Positions 17,788 to 25,490 of a stretch of 32,000 nt of DNA are shown here, piece after piece. Every line of letters begins with the position of its first letter. Within the stretch, counting starts at the first letter, position 1. The notes below the pieces were generated by a model. That model made no database searches, was not told the origin of the DNA, and was given only the letters and a program-made list of their open reading frames with translations. A program made the position numbers and the translations under genes. The DNA is from Pseudomonas aeruginosa. Its GTDB lineage: Bacteria > Pseudomonadota > Gammaproteobacteria > Pseudomonadales > Pseudomonadaceae. The stretch spans positions 6,180,001 through 6,212,000 of the forward strand of contig NZ_LN831024.1 in NCBI RefSeq assembly GCF_001457615.1, in the 5' to 3' direction.

Positions 17788-19082
17788 TCATCATCCACTC
17801 CGAGACCAACAAGACCACCATCCGGCAGAACCTCGGGCGCCCGGAGTACAGCTATTACTTCGTCCTCAAGGAATTCCGTCCGCTGCTGGAAGAGATCGGC
17901 CAGGTGGTCGAAGTCAGCGATCCCGACGAACTGGTGGACCGCCTCTACCACGACTGCCGCAAGCGCGGCGAACCCTGCGTCTTCCTCTCCTTCTCGCCGC
18001 CCCATCGCACGCCGATCCACCATGCCTGCCCGACCATCCCGGTGTTCGCCTGGGAGTTCAGCACCCTCCCCAGCGAAACCTGGCACGGCGAACCGCGCCA
18101 CGACTGGCGACATGTGCTGCGCCACAGCGGACGGGCCATCACCCACTCCAGCTTCACGGTCGACGTGGTGCGCGCCGCCATGGGTCGCGACTACCCGGTA
18201 CTGAGCGTGCCGGCGCCGGTCTGGGATCGCTTCGCCAACCGCGCCTCGCAGCAGGCGGGCCGTCCCGAAGCCCGGGATGTGCGCCTGCGCCTGGACGGCC
18301 TGCTGGTGGACAGCCGCCAGCTGGACCTGGCCGTCCATGCCGACCCCGAGCCGTCGGCGGAGGTCCTGGCCCTGCCGGACCGCGCGGCGAAACAGGTCGA
18401 GCTGAGCCTCGACGGGGTCATCTACACCTCGGTGTTCAACCCCTACGACGGGCGCAAGAACTGGCAGGACATGATCAGCGCGTTCTGCGCCACCTTCCGC
18501 GACGAGCCCGACGCCACCCTGGTGCTGAAACTGACCCACCACAACGTCGGCGAAGCGCTGGCCGACATGCTTCACCACCTGTACAAGAACCAGTCCTACC
18601 GCTGCCGCATCGTGCTGATCCACGGCTACCTCGCCGACCCGGACTACGAGCGGCTGGTCGAGGCCACCAGCTACGTGGTGAACACCTCCTACGGCGAAGG
18701 CCAATGCCTGCCGCTGATGGAATTCATGTCCAGCGGCAAGCCGGCCGTGGCTCCGCGCAATACCGCGATGATCGACTACATCGACGCCGACAACGCCTTC
18801 ATCGTCGACTCCTCGGAAGAAGCCACCGCCTGGCCCCACGACCCGCGCGCGGCCTACCGCACGCTGCGCTACATCACCGACTGGGAGTCGCTGTGCCGGG
18901 CCTACCGGGCCAGTTTCGAGGTCGCTCGCCAGGAGCCGGAGCGCTACGCACGCATGTCCGCGCATGCCAGCGCCAGCCTCGAACGCTTCTGCAGCCGCAA
19001 GCTGGCCGTGGAGCGCCTGCGTCGCTTCCTCGACGAAGCGGCACAAGGCGACCCCTCCGCCTTGCAAAGCATCCCGGCATGA
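17781..19082 (+). CDS. CPA-associated glycosyltransferase (GT4-like), paralog B
   Basis: The start ATG at 17781 (MLIIIHSETNKTTIRQNLGRPEYSYYFVLK) overlaps the upstream stop by 7 nt (ATGCTGA). 433 aa, collinear with paralog A except for a roughly 110-aa insertion in A. GT4-like block NTSYGEGQCLPLMEFMSSGKPAVAP. Confidence 0.8.
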   Translation: MLIIIHSETNKTTIRQNLGRPEYSYYFVLKEFRPLLEEIGQVVEVSDPDELVDRLYHDCRKRGEPCVFLSFSPPHRTPIHHACPTIPVFAWEFSTLPSETWHGEPRHDWRHVLRHSGRAITHSSFTVDVVRAAMGRDYPVLSVPAPVWDRFANRASQQAGRPEARDVRLRLDGLLVDSRQLDLAVHADPEPSAEVLALPDRAAKQVELSLDGVIYTSVFNPYDGRKNWQDMISAFCATFRDEPDATLVLKLTHHNVGEALADMLHHLYKNQSYRCRIVLIHGYLADPDYERLVEATSYVVNTSYGEGQCLPLMEFMSSGKPAVAPRNTAMIDYIDADNAFIVDSSEEATAWPHDPRAAYRTLRYITDWESLCRAYRASFEVARQEPERYARMSAHASASLERFCSRKLAVERLRRFLDEAAQGDPSALQSIPA

Positions 19083-19942
19083 TCCGCGCCCTGCTCCAAC
19101 GCTGGCGTTCCCGTCCCGCTGCGGCGAGCGAACCGGTGTCGCCACGCATGTGCGGTCTGCGCGATGCGGTGCTGGATGGCTGGTTCCGCAGCGAAACCGG
19201 CGAACTGCTCGCCGGCTTCGCCATCGGCGCCCAGGACACCCTGCTCGATCTCGGCTGCGGCGAAGGCGTCGCCACCCTCTTCGCCGCCCGCCAGGGCGCT
19301 TCGGTGATCTTCACCGACAGCGAGGAGGACAAGGTGCGGAGCCTGGCGCAGCAGGTCGAGGCGGTGGCCCGGCGGCCCTTCACCGGCCTGGTCAGCGACA
19401 GCGACCCGCTGCCGCTGCGCGACGCCTGCGCCGACAAGCTGGTGTGCATGGAAGTGCTCGAACACGTGGCCAACCCAGCGCGGGTGATGGCCGAACTCGT
19501 GCGTCTCGGCCGCCCTGGCGCGCAGTACCTGCTGAGCGTGCCGGACCCGGTCGGCGAACACCTGCAGCAGGGCATCGCCCCGGCCGACTACTTCCGGGCG
19601 CCCAACCACATCCACATCTTTTCCCGTGACGACTTCGCGCGCCTGGTGCAGGACGCCGGGCTGGTCATCGAGCACCGCCAGGCCAGCGGCTTCTTCTGGG
19701 TGATGGGCATGATCTTCTTCTGGGCCAGCGAACGGGCCGCCGGCCGTGAGCTCGGCGGCGCCGTCCGCGACCGTATCCAGCCGCCCTACCCGGCGCTGAT
19801 GGAAGACTGGGCACGGCTCTGGGAAAACCTCCTGGCCCGTCCCGACGGTCTGGAGATCAAGCACCTGCTCGACCATTTCATGCCCAAGAGCCAGGTGATC
19901 ATCGCGCGCAAGCCGCTCGACCCCGGATCGTCGCGGACATGA
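19079..19942 (+). CDS. Class I SAM-dependent methyltransferase (CPA-associated), paralog 1
   Basis: The start ATG at 19079 overlaps the upstream stop (ATGA). 287 aa with SAM motif I LLDLGCGEG and a post-I acidic residue (IFTDSEE). The C-terminus ends KSQVIIARKP, as in the paralog at 21075. Confidence 0.85.
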   Translation: MIRALLQRWRSRPAAASEPVSPRMCGLRDAVLDGWFRSETGELLAGFAIGAQDTLLDLGCGEGVATLFAARQGASVIFTDSEEDKVRSLAQQVEAVARRPFTGLVSDSDPLPLRDACADKLVCMEVLEHVANPARVMAELVRLGRPGAQYLLSVPDPVGEHLQQGIAPADYFRAPNHIHIFSRDDFARLVQDAGLVIEHRQASGFFWVMGMIFFWASERAAGRELGGAVRDRIQPPYPALMEDWARLWENLLARPDGLEIKHLLDHFMPKSQVIIARKPLDPGSSRT

Positions 19943-21081
19943 GCGGCAAACGCATCCTCGACATCGAACTGTTGCGCGGGCTGGCCGTGCTCGGCGTGGT
20001 ATTCCACCATCTGCACGGCAACCTGTTCAGCGGCTCCCCGGCACTGCTGGACGGCATCAACCAGCGCGTCCAGTTCTGGTGGGGCGTGGACCTGTTCTTC
20101 GCCATCTCCGGCTTCGTCATCGCCCGCACCCTCATCCCGCAACTGCGCGAGGCGCCCACACGCCAGGCATTCTGGGAACAGGCGCGGTACTTCTGGATCC
20201 GCCGCGCCTTCCGCCTGCTGCCCTCGGCCTGGCTGTGGCTGGCGCTGATCCTGGCCTGTTGCCTGCTGCTGAACCGCTCCGGAGCCTTCGGCAGCCTGTC
20301 GGCCAACCTCGCGGCGAGCCTCGCCGGTTTCCTCCAGGTCGCCAACTTCCGCTTCGCCGACAGTTTCTACCGCTACGAATACGGTGCCAGCTTCGTCTAC
20401 TGGAGCCTTTCCCTGGAGGAACAGTTCTACCTCCTGCTGCCGCTGCTGATCCTCTGCCTGCGTCGCTACCTGGGCTGGGCCCTGCTGGCGCTGGTGCTGG
20501 TCCAGTTCTTCAGCCTGCGCACGCCGCTGCTGATGGTATTGCGCACTGACGCCCTGGCCATCGGCGTACTGCTCGCCCTCGCCTCCCTGCAGCCTGGCTA
20601 TGCCCGCTGGAACCCCACCCTGCTGGGCCGCGCCTGGAGCGGGCCGTTGCTGCTGGCCGCCGTGGCCGCGGCCCTGGGCGTGCTGGCCAGCGAAGCGTAC
20701 AGCCTGGTCGCCGTGCGGATCGGCGCCATCGCGCTATTGTGCGGACTGCTGGTGTGGATAGCCTCCTACGACCGCGACTACCTGCTCTCCAACGGGCCGC
20801 TGAAGCGCTTGCTGGTCTGGGTCGGCGCGCGCTCCTATGCGATCTACCTGATCCACATCCCGGCGTTCTATCTCAGTCGCGAACTCTGCTTCCGCCTGGG
20901 CTGGGACGCCGGCGAGCGGCCCCTGTCGCTGCTCGGCACCAGCCTGGTCCTGATCGTCGTACTCAGCGAGCTCAACTACCGCTTCGTCGAGAGCCCCTGC
21001 CGCGACCTGGGCTCCCGCCTGGTCAAGCGCCTGAGCGCCGCCCGCCGCGTCGCCACCACTTCCGGAGCCACCTCATGCTGA
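19939..21081 (+). CDS. Acyltransferase-3 family integral membrane O-acyltransferase (CPA-associated)
   Basis: 380 aa with about 10 TM helices. The N-terminus ILDIELLRGLAVLGVVFHH is typical of the acyltransferase_3 (OafA/YrhL-like) family. ATGA overlap with the upstream gene. Confidence 0.85.
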   Translation: MSGKRILDIELLRGLAVLGVVFHHLHGNLFSGSPALLDGINQRVQFWWGVDLFFAISGFVIARTLIPQLREAPTRQAFWEQARYFWIRRAFRLLPSAWLWLALILACCLLLNRSGAFGSLSANLAASLAGFLQVANFRFADSFYRYEYGASFVYWSLSLEEQFYLLLPLLILCLRRYLGWALLALVLVQFFSLRTPLLMVLRTDALAIGVLLALASLQPGYARWNPTLLGRAWSGPLLLAAVAAALGVLASEAYSLVAVRIGAIALLCGLLVWIASYDRDYLLSNGPLKRLLVWVGARSYAIYLIHIPAFYLSRELCFRLGWDAGERPLSLLGTSLVLIVVLSELNYRFVESPCRDLGSRLVKRLSAARRVATTSGATSC

Positions 21082-21911
21082 ACTTCCTCAAGAAGATCGT
21101 CTCGCCGCCCAGCCCCGCCACCGAGCCCGTCGCCGCGCCACCCGCCCCCGCGCCGGTCGACCCGTACATGCTCGGGTTGCGCGACGCGGTGCTCAGCGGC
21201 TGGTTCAACCAGGAGACCGACGAGCTGTTCAGCGGCTTTCCGATTTCCGCCGAGGACACCGTGCTCGACGTGGGGTGCGGCGACGGCGGCAACGTTCATT
21301 TCTGCGCCATGCGCGGCGCTCGCATCATCATCGCCGACATCGACGCGGAAAAGATCGCCAGGACCCGCGAGCGCCTGGCCGATACCCCGGCCCGCGAACT
21401 GGAATGCCTGGTCAGCGACTGCGACCCGTTGCCCCTGGCTGACGCCACGGCCACCCGGGTGGTCTCCACCGAGGTCATCGAGCACGTCGACGATCCGCGG
21501 CAGTTCCTCGCCGAGCTGGTACGGGTCGGCCAGCCCGGCGCACTCTATCTGCTCAGCGTGCCGCATCCCACGTCGGAAGACCTGCAGAAGGACTTCGCCG
21601 CCGACGAATACTTCCGCAAGCCCAACCACATCCGCGTGCTCGGCGAGGAGCAGTTCGCCGCACTGGTGCGCGAAGCCGGCCTGGAAATCCTCAGCCACAG
21701 CCGCTACGGCTTCTACTGGTCGCTGTGGATGCTGCTGTTCTGGGAGGCCAAGGTCGATTTCGGCAATCCCGACCATCCCCTCCTCGAACACTGGGCCAGG
21801 ACCTGGCAGGCGCTGCTCGACTCGCCGCGCGGCCCGGCCATCAAGCAGGCCCTGGACGCCGTGGTCGCCAAGAGCCAGGTGATCATCGCGCGCAAGCCCG
21901 CTCAGGCGTAG
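21075..21911 (+). CDS. Class I SAM-dependent methyltransferase (CPA-associated), paralog 2
   Basis: The start ATG at 21075 overlaps the upstream stop by 7 nt (ATGCTGA). 278 aa with SAM motif VLDVGCGDGG. Collinear with the methyltransferase at 19079 (LGLRDAVLSGWF..., LLSVPHP..., KSQVIIARKP). Confidence 0.85.
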   Translation: MLNFLKKIVSPPSPATEPVAAPPAPAPVDPYMLGLRDAVLSGWFNQETDELFSGFPISAEDTVLDVGCGDGGNVHFCAMRGARIIIADIDAEKIARTRERLADTPARELECLVSDCDPLPLADATATRVVSTEVIEHVDDPRQFLAELVRVGQPGALYLLSVPHPTSEDLQKDFAADEYFRKPNHIRVLGEEQFAALVREAGLEILSHSRYGFYWSLWMLLFWEAKVDFGNPDHPLLEHWARTWQALLDSPRGPAIKQALDAVVAKSQVIIARKPAQA

Positions 21912-21917
21912 AACCAC

Positions 21918-21974
21918 CGGAACAGTTCCGCTACAGCCGGGCGGAACAGTTGCCGGGGCCACCGAACTGTTCCG
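21918..21974 (+). promoter_or_regulatory. Triple GGAACAGTT / AACTGTTCC repeat (10-bp perfect stem-loop plus a third copy): operon-end hairpin and/or control element of DUF1127 paralog 2
   Basis: CGGAACAGTTCCG at 21918-21930. CGGAACAGTT (21942-21951) is perfectly complementary to AACTGTTCCG (21965-21974) across a 13-nt loop. The cluster starts 7 nt after the methyltransferase stop. No U-tract follows. Confidence 0.4.
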
Positions 21975-22073
21975 TCCAACTCCCGCGTGGTTGCCCCTGA
22001 GCAAGCCAGCGGTCCCGGCGCATCATGAGGTTCCACACCCCGCCCCCATCCCCGGGATGGGAAGGAACGCACG

Positions 22074-22286
22074 ATGAGGACATCCCCGCACCCGCACGCC
22101 GGGAGTTCCAGCGGTCTCCCGGCCGCCCATCCACATCTCGCCGCCCTGTTGGAAAAATTGAATTCCTGGCGACAAAACGCTCGATCGCGCAAGCATCTTG
22201 CGCAAATGTCCGAACACGACCTCGCCGACCTGGCGATCAGCCCGAGCGAACGCTACGTAGAGATTTCGAAACCTTTCTGGCGCTGA
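22074..22286 (+). CDS. DUF1127-family small protein (paralog 2, 70 aa)
   Basis: The C-terminal half SWRQNARSRKHLAQMSEHDLADLAISPSERYVEISKPFWR aligns with paralog 1 and has the same KPFWR end. The ATG at 22074 is preceded by the same TGGGAAGGA SD context as paralog 1 (22058-22066). Confidence 0.7.
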   Translation: MRTSPHPHAGSSSGLPAAHPHLAALLEKLNSWRQNARSRKHLAQMSEHDLADLAISPSERYVEISKPFWR

Positions 22287-22330
22287 GCCGCTGGTGACGT
22301 GGCGCACAGTTGGTTAGTCTCAGCGTTGAC

Positions 22331-22352
22331 ACGGCCGCGCGGATGCGGCCGT
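22331..22352 (+). terminator. Hairpin downstream of DUF1127 paralog 2
   Basis: ACGGCCGC (22331-22338) pairs with GCGGCCGT (22345-22352) around a 6-nt loop. No U-tract. Confidence 0.3.
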
Positions 22353-22381
22353 CTACGCTGACTTCGTTCGGAGCAACTCAC

Positions 22382-22699
22382 ATGAAACGTCTGCGCCTGA
22401 TCGGTGCCGCTGCCCTGCTCGCCTGCGCCTCCAGCGCGTTCGCCAGCAGCTTCGTGGTCACCACGGATACTCTGGTCCGCGCCACCGGCATGACCTCCAA
22501 TGCCACTTCGGACATCACCAATTCCTTCCGCGACGACAAGATCGTCCTCGAAGCGCGCGACGACGCCGCCAGCTTCGTCGCCAGCCAGGGCGACATCCGC
22601 GGTTCGCACCTGGAAGCCGCACTGCGCCACATCCGTGGCAAGCTGCCGAGCCTGGCCGCCAACGACATGCAACTGGCCCAGGCGATCCTGACCATCTGA
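22382..22699 (+). CDS. DUF2388-type secreted mini-protein, copy 1 (105 aa)
   Basis: I use the internal ATG at 22382 because it yields a classical signal peptide (MKRLRLIGAAALLACASSAFA/SS) and has GGAG upstream. Conserved core EARDDAASFVASQGDIRGSHLEAALRHIR. Family assignment is from memory of a roughly 100-aa family described as having several tandem copies in Pseudomonas. Confidence 0.8.
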   Translation: MKRLRLIGAAALLACASSAFASSFVVTTDTLVRATGMTSNATSDITNSFRDDKIVLEARDDAASFVASQGDIRGSHLEAALRHIRGKLPSLAANDMQLAQAILTI

Positions 22700-22714
22700 G
22701 TCGCCCGCCCCGCC

Positions 22715-22736
22715 GCCGCAGCCGCCCGGCTGCGGC
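22715..22736 (+). terminator. GC-rich hairpin between DUF2388 copies 1 and 2
   Basis: GCCGCAGCC (22715-22723) pairs with GGCTGCGGC (22728-22736) around a 4-nt loop, 16 nt after the copy-1 stop. No U-tract. Confidence 0.3.
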
Positions 22737-22823
22737 GATGACCTGGCCGACCGGCCACACTGGCTCCGCGCCGCACATTCCGTTAGCCTTGGCGGCTGTT
22801 CCAGTCCTATTCCGCCCAACCCC

Positions 22824-23117
22824 ATGCGTTACCGGTTCTCGTTGCTCTTCTGTTGCCTGCTGGCGCCCGCTGCGCACGCCTTCGATACCACGACGGCGTT
22901 CACCGCGAAGTCCCTTTACGTCACCAGCAAGCTGACCAGCACGCCGTTCGAGAACAAATTGTTACGCGATGCCCGGGGCGATGCGGCCAGCTTCGTCGCC
23001 AGCGATGGCAGCATCCGTGGTGCGCGCCTGGAAGCGGCGCTGCGCTGGTTGCGTGTCGCGCACCCCGAGCTGGCGGCCAGCGATCAGGAACTGGCCGAAG
23101 CAATTCTTGCCCAATAG
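22824..23117 (+). CDS. DUF2388-type secreted mini-protein, copy 2 (97 aa)
   Basis: Signal peptide MRYRFSLLFCCLLAPAAHA/FD. Core DARGDAASFVASDGSIRGARLEAALRWLR. No obvious SD. Confidence 0.7.
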   Translation: MRYRFSLLFCCLLAPAAHAFDTTTAFTAKSLYVTSKLTSTPFENKLLRDARGDAASFVASDGSIRGARLEAALRWLRVAHPELAASDQELAEAILAQ

Positions 23118-23145
23118 GCGATCACCACCGTTCCGGAGAACCTCC

Positions 23146-23481
23146 ATGCGCCGTAGCTCCATGCGTCATAGCCCCCTGTTCGCCGCCCTGCTGCTGGCGC
23201 TCTGCGCCACGGCCGCGGAAGCACGCTCGGTGGTCGCGACCAGCAATATCATCGTCCGCGCCCTCGACCGCAGCATCGACTTCACTTCCGACACCACCAC
23301 TTCCGTGCGCGACATGAAAGTGGTCACCGAGGCGCGCGACGACGCCGCCAGTTTCGTCGCCAGCGACGGCGCCATTCGCGGCGCCCAGCTGGAAGCCGCG
23401 ATGCGGACCCTGCGCAGCCGTCTGCCGGAAGCCCGTGAAGCCTCCGACCAGGTACTTGCCGAAGCCATTCTCGCCCTGTGA
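23146..23481 (+). CDS. DUF2388-type secreted mini-protein, copy 3 (111 aa)
   Basis: The ATG at 23146 is preceded by GGAGAA. Signal peptide ...SPLFAALLLALCATAAEA/RS. Core EARDDAASFVASDGAIRGAQLEAAMRTLR. Its stop TGA (23479-23481) overlaps the GTG start (23478) of the next gene. Confidence 0.8.
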   Translation: MRRSSMRHSPLFAALLLALCATAAEARSVVATSNIIVRALDRSIDFTSDTTTSVRDMKVVTEARDDAASFVASDGAIRGAQLEAAMRTLRSRLPEAREASDQVLAEAILAL

Positions 23482-25436
23482 GGAAGGCCTGCGCCTGGCT
23501 GCTGGCGCTGGCCCTCTGCGGAGCCGGCAACGCGACGGCGGCCCTGCGCCTGAAACTCGACGCGCCTGGGCTGGACCCTGCGCAGCGCGAGGCCAGCCAG
23601 CAACTCTTGGACGATGCCGCGGACAAGCTGCCGCCGGCCTTCCGCGAACGCCTGGACCGCGAGATCGAGGTCGAGTGGCGCGACGACCTGCCCGCCAACG
23701 GCATGGGCCAGGCCCGTGGCCCGCAGCGCATCGCGCTGAACCGCAAGTACCTGGCCGATCTCACCGACGGCAGCGCCGCCAGCCGCCAGACCGGGCGCGT
23801 GCACGGCACCGAGCGGCGCGAGCTGCTGGCGACCCTGCTGCACGAGCTGACCCACGTCTACGATCGCGCGCGCCTGTGGTCGGCGGAGGAAAAACGCGAG
23901 ATCCGCCGCTGCACGCGCCAGGAAGAAACCCTCGGCCGGATCGCCCAGCCCACCGATTGCCGCGGGCAGAGCGGTCGCCGCTTCACGCTCTCCGACGACC
24001 CGCGCCTGCTCGATCTCGCCGGCTGGCCGCAGCGCGCCGGCCAGCGCGGGCGGCGCGAGGCGCACAATGGCTTCGTACTGCGCAGCCCGGACGTCTACGA
24101 GCTGAGCAATCCGCGCGAGTTCGTCGCGGTGAACATGGAGTACTTCCTCCTCGATCCCAGCTACGCCTGCCGCCGCCCGGCGCTCTACCGCTACTACCAG
24201 CAACGCTTCGGCTGGGCGCCGGAACACAGTGCCTGTGCGCAGAGCTTCGCCTACCTCAACGCCGGCCGCGACTTCGGCCAGCAGCCGCTGGGCCAGCTCG
24301 ACCCCGAGCGGGTCTACGAGGTCGACTACCTGCTGGCCGAGGCCAACGACAACCTGGTCAGCCGCTGGGGCCACACCATGCTCCGCCTGGTGATCTGCGC
24401 CCCCGGCCGGCCGCGTGGGCCGGACTGCCGGCTGGACCTCGACCAGCATCTGGTGCTGTCCTACCGCGCCTTCGTCGGCGACCTGCAATTGTCCAGCTGG
24501 GACGGCCTGACCGGCGCCTATCCGTCGCGCCTGTTCGTCCTGCCGCTGTCGCAGGTGATCGAGGAATACACCAAGGTCGAGCTGCGCAGCCTCGCCTCGG
24601 TGCCGCTGAAGCTGGACCGCGAGGAGGTCGCCAGCCTGGTCGAGCGCGCCGCGCAGAGTCACTGGAGCTACGACGGCCAGTACTACTTCATCTCCAACAA
24701 TTGCGCGGTGGAAACCCTCAAGCTTCTGCGCAGCGGCATCCCCCGGCGACCGCTGCAAAGCCTGGACAGCATCACCCCCTACGGCGTGCTCGAGATGCTG
24801 GAGAACCGCAAGCTGGCCGATCCCAGTGTGCTCGACGACCCCAAGGAAGCCCTGCGCCTGGGCTACCGCTTCGACTCCTTCCGCGACCGCTACCAGGCGA
24901 TGTTCGACGTGCTCAAGCAGCGCCTGCACATTCCCCAGGACAAGGTCGAGGACTGGCTGGCGCTGCCGGCCAGGGAGCGCCAGCCCTGGTTCGCCAAGGC
25001 CGACCTGCGCGCCAGCGCGGCGCTGCTGCTGCTCGAGCAGGCCTCGCTGCGGCGCCAGCTGCTGCTCGCCCAGGACGAGTTGAAGCGCCTGTACCTCGGC
25101 CACCTGGACAAGCCGGCCGGCGACCAGCGCCTGGAAGTGGCCGGCAAGACCTTCCAGCAGATCCTCGACGACAGCGGCTTCCTCAGTCGTCCGGCGGAAC
25201 TCCTGGAGGGCGGCTACGGCCTGCCGCAGGCCGCCGAGTGGAAGCACCTGGAAGAGCAGACCCGCGAACGCCAGGCGCGCCTGCGCCGGCTCAGCGACGA
25301 CCTCGACCGCGAGGTCCGCGCCCTGCTCGATCCCGAGCGCCGCGCCGAGCTGGAAGCCAACGAGGCCAACATCAAGGAGGTCGGCGCGCACCTGCGCGAG
25401 CTGCACAAGGCGGCCGGCGGGCTGATGCTGCCCTGA
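23478..25436 (+). CDS. Secreted 652-aa protein: N-terminal HExxH zincin-like module + DUF4105-like module + C-terminal coiled coil; function unknown
   Basis: GTG start in a GTGA overlap. Signal peptide MRKACAWLLALALCGAGNATA/AL. HELTH lies at codons 122-126 (nt 23841-23855) and is followed by NPREFVAVNMEYFLLDP...PALYRYYQQRF, which recalls MtfA/M90-type zincins. The central region (RWGHTMLRLV ... YYFISNNCAVETL) resembles DUF4105 (Lnb N-terminal periplasmic domain) as I remember it. The last roughly 200 aa are heptad-rich and charged. Confidence 0.85.
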   Translation: MRKACAWLLALALCGAGNATAALRLKLDAPGLDPAQREASQQLLDDAADKLPPAFRERLDREIEVEWRDDLPANGMGQARGPQRIALNRKYLADLTDGSAASRQTGRVHGTERRELLATLLHELTHVYDRARLWSAEEKREIRRCTRQEETLGRIAQPTDCRGQSGRRFTLSDDPRLLDLAGWPQRAGQRGRREAHNGFVLRSPDVYELSNPREFVAVNMEYFLLDPSYACRRPALYRYYQQRFGWAPEHSACAQSFAYLNAGRDFGQQPLGQLDPERVYEVDYLLAEANDNLVSRWGHTMLRLVICAPGRPRGPDCRLDLDQHLVLSYRAFVGDLQLSSWDGLTGAYPSRLFVLPLSQVIEEYTKVELRSLASVPLKLDREEVASLVERAAQSHWSYDGQYYFISNNCAVETLKLLRSGIPRRPLQSLDSITPYGVLEMLENRKLADPSVLDDPKEALRLGYRFDSFRDRYQAMFDVLKQRLHIPQDKVEDWLALPARERQPWFAKADLRASAALLLLEQASLRRQLLLAQDELKRLYLGHLDKPAGDQRLEVAGKTFQQILDDSGFLSRPAELLEGGYGLPQAAEWKHLEEQTRERQARLRRLSDDLDREVRALLDPERRAELEANEANIKEVGAHLRELHKAAGGLMLP

Positions 25437-25490
25437 GGGAGGCGCCTGCAGGACGCATGGTCCCGAGCGCTCTTTCAGCGCCTCGCAGAC

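Noticed and set aside
22025-22297. 90-aa plus-strand ORF overlapping DUF1127 paralog 2 in another frame
   Set aside because: It is P/R-rich and low in complexity, with no SD. The overlapping frame has the conserved DUF1127 C-terminus and the SD context shared with paralog 1.
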